NCBI GenBank assembly: GCA_944349405.1
Contig: CALVMY010000062.1
Location: 1 to 33,700, forward strand
Origin: an uncultured Bacilli bacterium
GTDB taxonomy: Bacteria; Bacillota_I; Bacilli_A; RFN20; CAG-826
Length of the DNA: 33,700 nucleotides
Direction of reading: 5' to 3'
Shown one piece after another: positions 31,027 through 33,700 of this stretch. Numbering within the stretch: the stretch's first letter is position 1; each line of letters begins with the position of its first letter. The translations under genes and the position numbers were made by a program. The notes beneath the pieces were generated by a model, which was not told the DNA's origin, did not search any database, and saw only the letters and a program-made list of their open reading frames with translations.

Positions 31027-31851
31027 TTATTTATCCTCCTTTAATTCTTTGCTTCTTTTATTAACTAAAGCGATTGTTAATCCAATAACTACAATTGTTA
31101 AAGTTCCTAAAATAGCACAAATGATAAGAATTATTTTATCTCCTTCATTTAATTTAGTTTCATCTTCTTCAAGAGGAGAAGTATAAGTTGGATATAAAGT
31201 TAAAGAAAAATCACTGAGTTGGCTTTCCAAAATGTTTCCATCAAGCGTCAAATCAAAAGTAAAGTATGGAGACACACTATCGTTATAATAATAAATTTGT
31301 GAATCAACATAAGAAGATTGATACACTCTTTGATTATTTAAACTATAAGAAACTGAATAGGCAAAAGCATGAACTTCATCATCTAAAGAAGCAAAATATG
31401 TGATAGTTGTCTTATTAGTTTGTTGATCATAATTTCTTACAAAACGGTCGATTTCTAAATTTTCATAACCTTCAAAATCAAAAGCGTTAGCAAAATTATT
31501 ACGAATATCAACAGCCTTTAATTCGTAATCTTCAGGAATTGAATCTATCTTTACATAGATGTTTTTACTTTGATTTGGAACAACAAAATTAGATAAAGAG
31601 TCAACTATATCAGCTCTAATTGAAAAATCTTGATCTTCAAGTTCTAAATAAATCGAACTGCGGTTAGTTAAAAAATAATCACCATTATTGGTAACATTTA
31701 AGGTGTAATAATTTTCATTACGAGTGTCTTTTAAAACAGAATTAATCTCAAAATCATAATAATTTTCTTTTTCATCATAATCGTAAGATTTAAAACTGGT
31801 AATCAATAAAGGTAATAATAAAACACTCAATACTTTATTAAACTTTTTCAT
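31027..31851 (-). CDS. Surface protein, probable paralog of the downstream gene
   Basis: Start re-assigned to ATG 31851 (MKKFNKVLSVLLLPLLITSF), 6 nt after TACAAT; C-terminal TM and short basic tail. Confidence 0.78.
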   Translation of the reverse strand: MKKFNKVLSVLLLPLLITSFKSYDYDEKENYYDFEINSVLKDTRNENYYTLNVTNNGDYFLTNRSSIYLELEDQDFSIRADIVDSLSNFVVPNQSKNIYVKIDSIPEDYELKAVDIRNNFANAFDFEGYENLEIDRFVRNYDQQTNKTTITYFASLDDEVHAFAYSVSYSLNNQRVYQSSYVDSQIYYYNDSVSPYFTFDLTLDGNILESQLSDFSLTLYPTYTSPLEEDETKLNEGDKIILIICAILGTLTIVVIGLTIALVNKRSKELKEDK

Positions 31852-31983
31852 ACAATTATTGTAGTTAAATTTCATAAAATAAACAATTTAAAATAAGGTA
31901 AAATTAGCAAAATTAAGGCTATATCTATCAAAAATAGACTTTTAAAATTGAAGTGGCTATTAAAATCAATTATATTATTGACT

Positions 31984-32787
31984 ATGAGTAATGAAATTAA
32001 AGTAATATTTATTGATTTTGACTGGACTTTATTTGATCATAAAACCCGTTCTTATAATTTAAATGGGGTAGAAGCTTTAAAAAAAGTTCACGATAAAAAT
32101 ATAAAATTAATTTTAAATTCAGCAAGAAGCTATTATTCTTTAAAAATGCTAGATGTTTTTAAACTTATTCCTTTTGATGGAATGATTACTTCAAATGGCG
32201 GTGAATGTCTTTATAAAGATAAAACTCTTTATTATAAATCGATAGAAAAAGAGACAGTTAACAACTTTATTTCGTTTTTGAACAATCACAATTTCTCATT
32301 TATTTTAATTACTAAATTTAATAATTTTATATCGATAAAAAATGATGACAAAGAAAAAATAATTAATGATTTTTATAAAGTTTATTATGAACCTTTTCCT
32401 TTAGATATTTCTTTTTATAAAGATGAAGATGTTTTAGCTTTCCAAGTATTTTCTTATCAAAAAGACGATGAATTGTTAAAAAAAGAAAGTGATAAATACG
32501 ATTTATTTTTTGATCGATTTACTGATAACAATGTTGAAATAACTAAATATCAATTTTTAAAAAGTGAAGGAATTGATGAAATATTCTCTTATTTAAACTT
32601 AAAAAAAGAAGAAGCGATGGCTTTTGGAGATGATTTAAATGATATTGCAATGTTTAAAAGAGTTAAATATGGAATTTGTATGGGAAACGGAAAAGATGAA
32701 GCTAAAAAAGAAGCTTATTATGTGAGTGAAAATATAGAAGATGATGGCATGGCAAAAGCTTTGAAAAAATTTAATTTAATTGATTAA
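31984..32787 (+). CDS. Cof-type HAD-IIB hydrolase
   Basis: IDFDWTL (motif I), NSAR, SNGG, K...GI, FGDDLNDIAMF, MGNG, EDDG. Start re-assigned to ATG 31984; the TTG at 31948 is the -35 box of TTGAAG-17-TATATT. Confidence 0.9.
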   Translation: MSNEIKVIFIDFDWTLFDHKTRSYNLNGVEALKKVHDKNIKLILNSARSYYSLKMLDVFKLIPFDGMITSNGGECLYKDKTLYYKSIEKETVNNFISFLNNHNFSFILITKFNNFISIKNDDKEKIINDFYKVYYEPFPLDISFYKDEDVLAFQVFSYQKDDELLKKESDKYDLFFDRFTDNNVEITKYQFLKSEGIDEIFSYLNLKKEEAMAFGDDLNDIAMFKRVKYGICMGNGKDEAKKEAYYVSENIEDDGMAKALKKFNLID

Positions 32788-32791
32788 GTAT

Positions 32792-32822
32792 AAAAAAAGA
32801 ACGACTAGTGTCGTTCTTTTTA
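32792..32822. terminator. Bidirectional terminator shared by the HAD gene and tRNA operon
   Basis: AAAAAGAACGAC-tagt-GTCGTTCTTTTT. Confidence 0.85.
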
Positions 32823-32883
32823 TCAAATCCCAATAAATAATAATCGCGTTTTGTGCAACTTTTTGGGGTAATTTTAATTTTTT

Positions 32884-32970
32884 TGGTGCCCGGGACCGGA
32901 ATCGAACCGGTACGGTATCGCTACCACAGGATTTTAAGTCCTGCGCGTCTACCTATTCCGCCACCTGGGC
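32884..32970 (-). tRNA. trnL: tRNA-Leu (TAA)
   Basis: Minus strand GCCCAGGTGGCGGAATAGGTAGACGCG-CAGGA-CT-TAA-AA-TCCTG, long variable arm, TTCGATT T-loop, encoded CCA. Confidence 0.96.
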
Positions 32971-32977
32971 ACTTAAA

Positions 32978-33053
32978 TGGTGACTCACTGGAGATTCGAA
33001 CTCCAGACCCCTTGATTAAAAGTCAAGTGCTCTACCAACTGAGCTAGTGAATC
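32978..33053 (-). tRNA. trnK: tRNA-Lys (TTT)
   Basis: GATTCACTAGCTCAGTTGGTAGAGCA-CTTGA-CT-TTT-AA-TCAAG...GTTCGAAT...ACCA, 76 nt. Confidence 0.97.
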
Positions 33054-33065
33054 AAAAATTTTTGT

Positions 33066-33141
33066 TGGCTGGGGTGGCTGGACTCGAACCAGCGAAATGA
33101 CAGAGTCAAAGTCTGTTGCCTTACCTCTTGGCTACACCCCA
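33066..33141 (-). tRNA. trnQ: tRNA-Gln (TTG)
   Basis: TGGGGTGTAGCCAAGAGGTAAGGCA-ACAGA-CT-TTG-AC-TCTGT...GTTCGAGT...CACCCCA-GCCA; U1-A72 pair. Confidence 0.97.
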
Positions 33142-33157
33142 ATTTATAAAGTGTAAG

Positions 33158-33241
33158 TGGTGGAGGGGGGCAGATTCGAACTGCCGAACCCGAAGGAATT
33201 GATTTACAGTCAACCGCGTTTAGCCTCTTCGCTACCCCTCC
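33158..33241 (-). tRNA. trnY: tRNA-Tyr (GTA)
   Basis: GGAGGGGTAGCGAAGAGGCTAAACGCG-GTTGA-CT-GTA-AA-TCAAT, long variable arm, encoded CCA. Confidence 0.96.
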
Positions 33242-33256
33242 AGTTATGTTATAAAT

Positions 33257-33332
33257 TGGTGGATGTTAGAGGGCTCGAACCTCTGACCTCCGCCGTGTAA
33301 AGGCGATGCTCTCCCAGCTGAGCTAAACATCC
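33257..33332 (-). tRNA. trnV: tRNA-Val (TAC)
   Basis: GGATGTTTAGCTCAGCTGGGAGAGCA-TCGCC-TT-TAC-AC-GGCGG...GTTCGAGC...ACATCC-ACCA, 76 nt. Confidence 0.96.
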
Positions 33333-33365
33333 TTCCTTTTTACCTCACGAAATGCGTGCTTAATA

Positions 33366-33394
33366 AATATACCAACATTCACTGCTTAAGTCAA
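33366..33394 (-). promoter_or_regulatory. sigma-A promoter of the tRNA operon (TTGACT-17-TATATT)
   Basis: Minus strand TTGACT (33394-33389), 17 nt, TATATT (33371-33366), about 33 nt upstream of tRNA-Val. Confidence 0.75.
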
Positions 33395-33477
33395 TAAGAA
33401 GTTCTCATCTAAACAGCATAAATATTATAAAAAAAAGTATAGATTTTTAAAAGTAAAAATTTATTGAATTTATGAAA

Positions 33478-33700
33478 CTCGTTTTTAGATTTTGAACACC
33501 TTAAAATTTAGACTTTGAACAATTGATATTACAAAAATTCTCGATAAAATTCGAGATTTTTTTCTTTTAAAATAACTTTTTATATGCTATAATATAAGGT
33601 GTTTAAGGTGCTCAATCAAAAAAGGGGTTATTATGCGATACTTTTTAAAGAAAACTAAAAGAAAAAACGATACTTATTTACAAATTTATATTTCCAAATA
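33478..33700 (+). mobile_element. Probable left end of an IS1634-family insertion sequence
   Basis: ORF start at 33633 resembles IS1634-type transposase N-termini; internal inverted repeat TTGAACACCTTAAA (33492-33505) / TTTAAGGTGCTCAA (33602-33615). The left boundary at CTCGTTTTT is a guess from recollection of similar elements. Confidence 0.55.
33633..33700 (+). CDS. Putative IS1634-family transposase, N-terminus only (MRYFLKKTKRKNDTYLQIYISK...)
   Basis: SD-like AAGGGG, extended -10 TGCTATAAT at 33585-33593, and a YFLKK...TYLQIY pattern recalled from IS1634 transposases. Only 22 codons are visible. Confidence 0.6.
   Translation, partial: MRYFLKKTKRKNDTYLQIYISK

Noticed and set aside
32853-33047. 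64-aa + strand ORF
   Set aside because: Antisense to tRNA-Leu and tRNA-Lys; a typical tRNA shadow ORF.

Overview
Very AT-rich, gene-dense chromosomal window from a genome-reduced Bacilli/Mollicutes-like bacterium. The taxonomy is inference: rpoE sits directly next to fba, GatA has the GSDTGDS variant, and there is a Tyr-Gln-Lys-Leu tRNA run, but the long ORFs are open with TGA read as stop, so code 11. Content is mostly housekeeping: a partial ABC exporter, DUF402-tsaE-tsaB-rimI-tsaD-asnS, a minus-strand membrane-protein operon, pcrA-ligA-gatCAB-pepC, two tandem MacB-like ATPase-permease fusions (the second split by a 1-nt frameshift in an A-run), csp, ychF-ispF-gltX-rpoE-fba-cysQ, a NifU-domain protein, two probably paralogous surface-anchored proteins, a Cof HAD hydrolase, a five-tRNA operon (Val-Tyr-Gln-Lys-Leu, minus strand) and the probable left end of an IS1634-family element. 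I found no CRISPR array, prophage or defence system, and no clear-cut novel multi-gene system. The best leads are non-coding or very small: (i) a 43-bp element shared ungapped (32/43) between 6923 and 18524; (ii) a GC-rich structured island at about 6950-6998 with a possible antisense 28-codon ORF; (iii) a stand-alone 46-aa gene with its own promoter, leader hairpin and terminator; (iv) several apparently leaderless genes; (v) an SD-led ATG-TAA start-stop before asnS.
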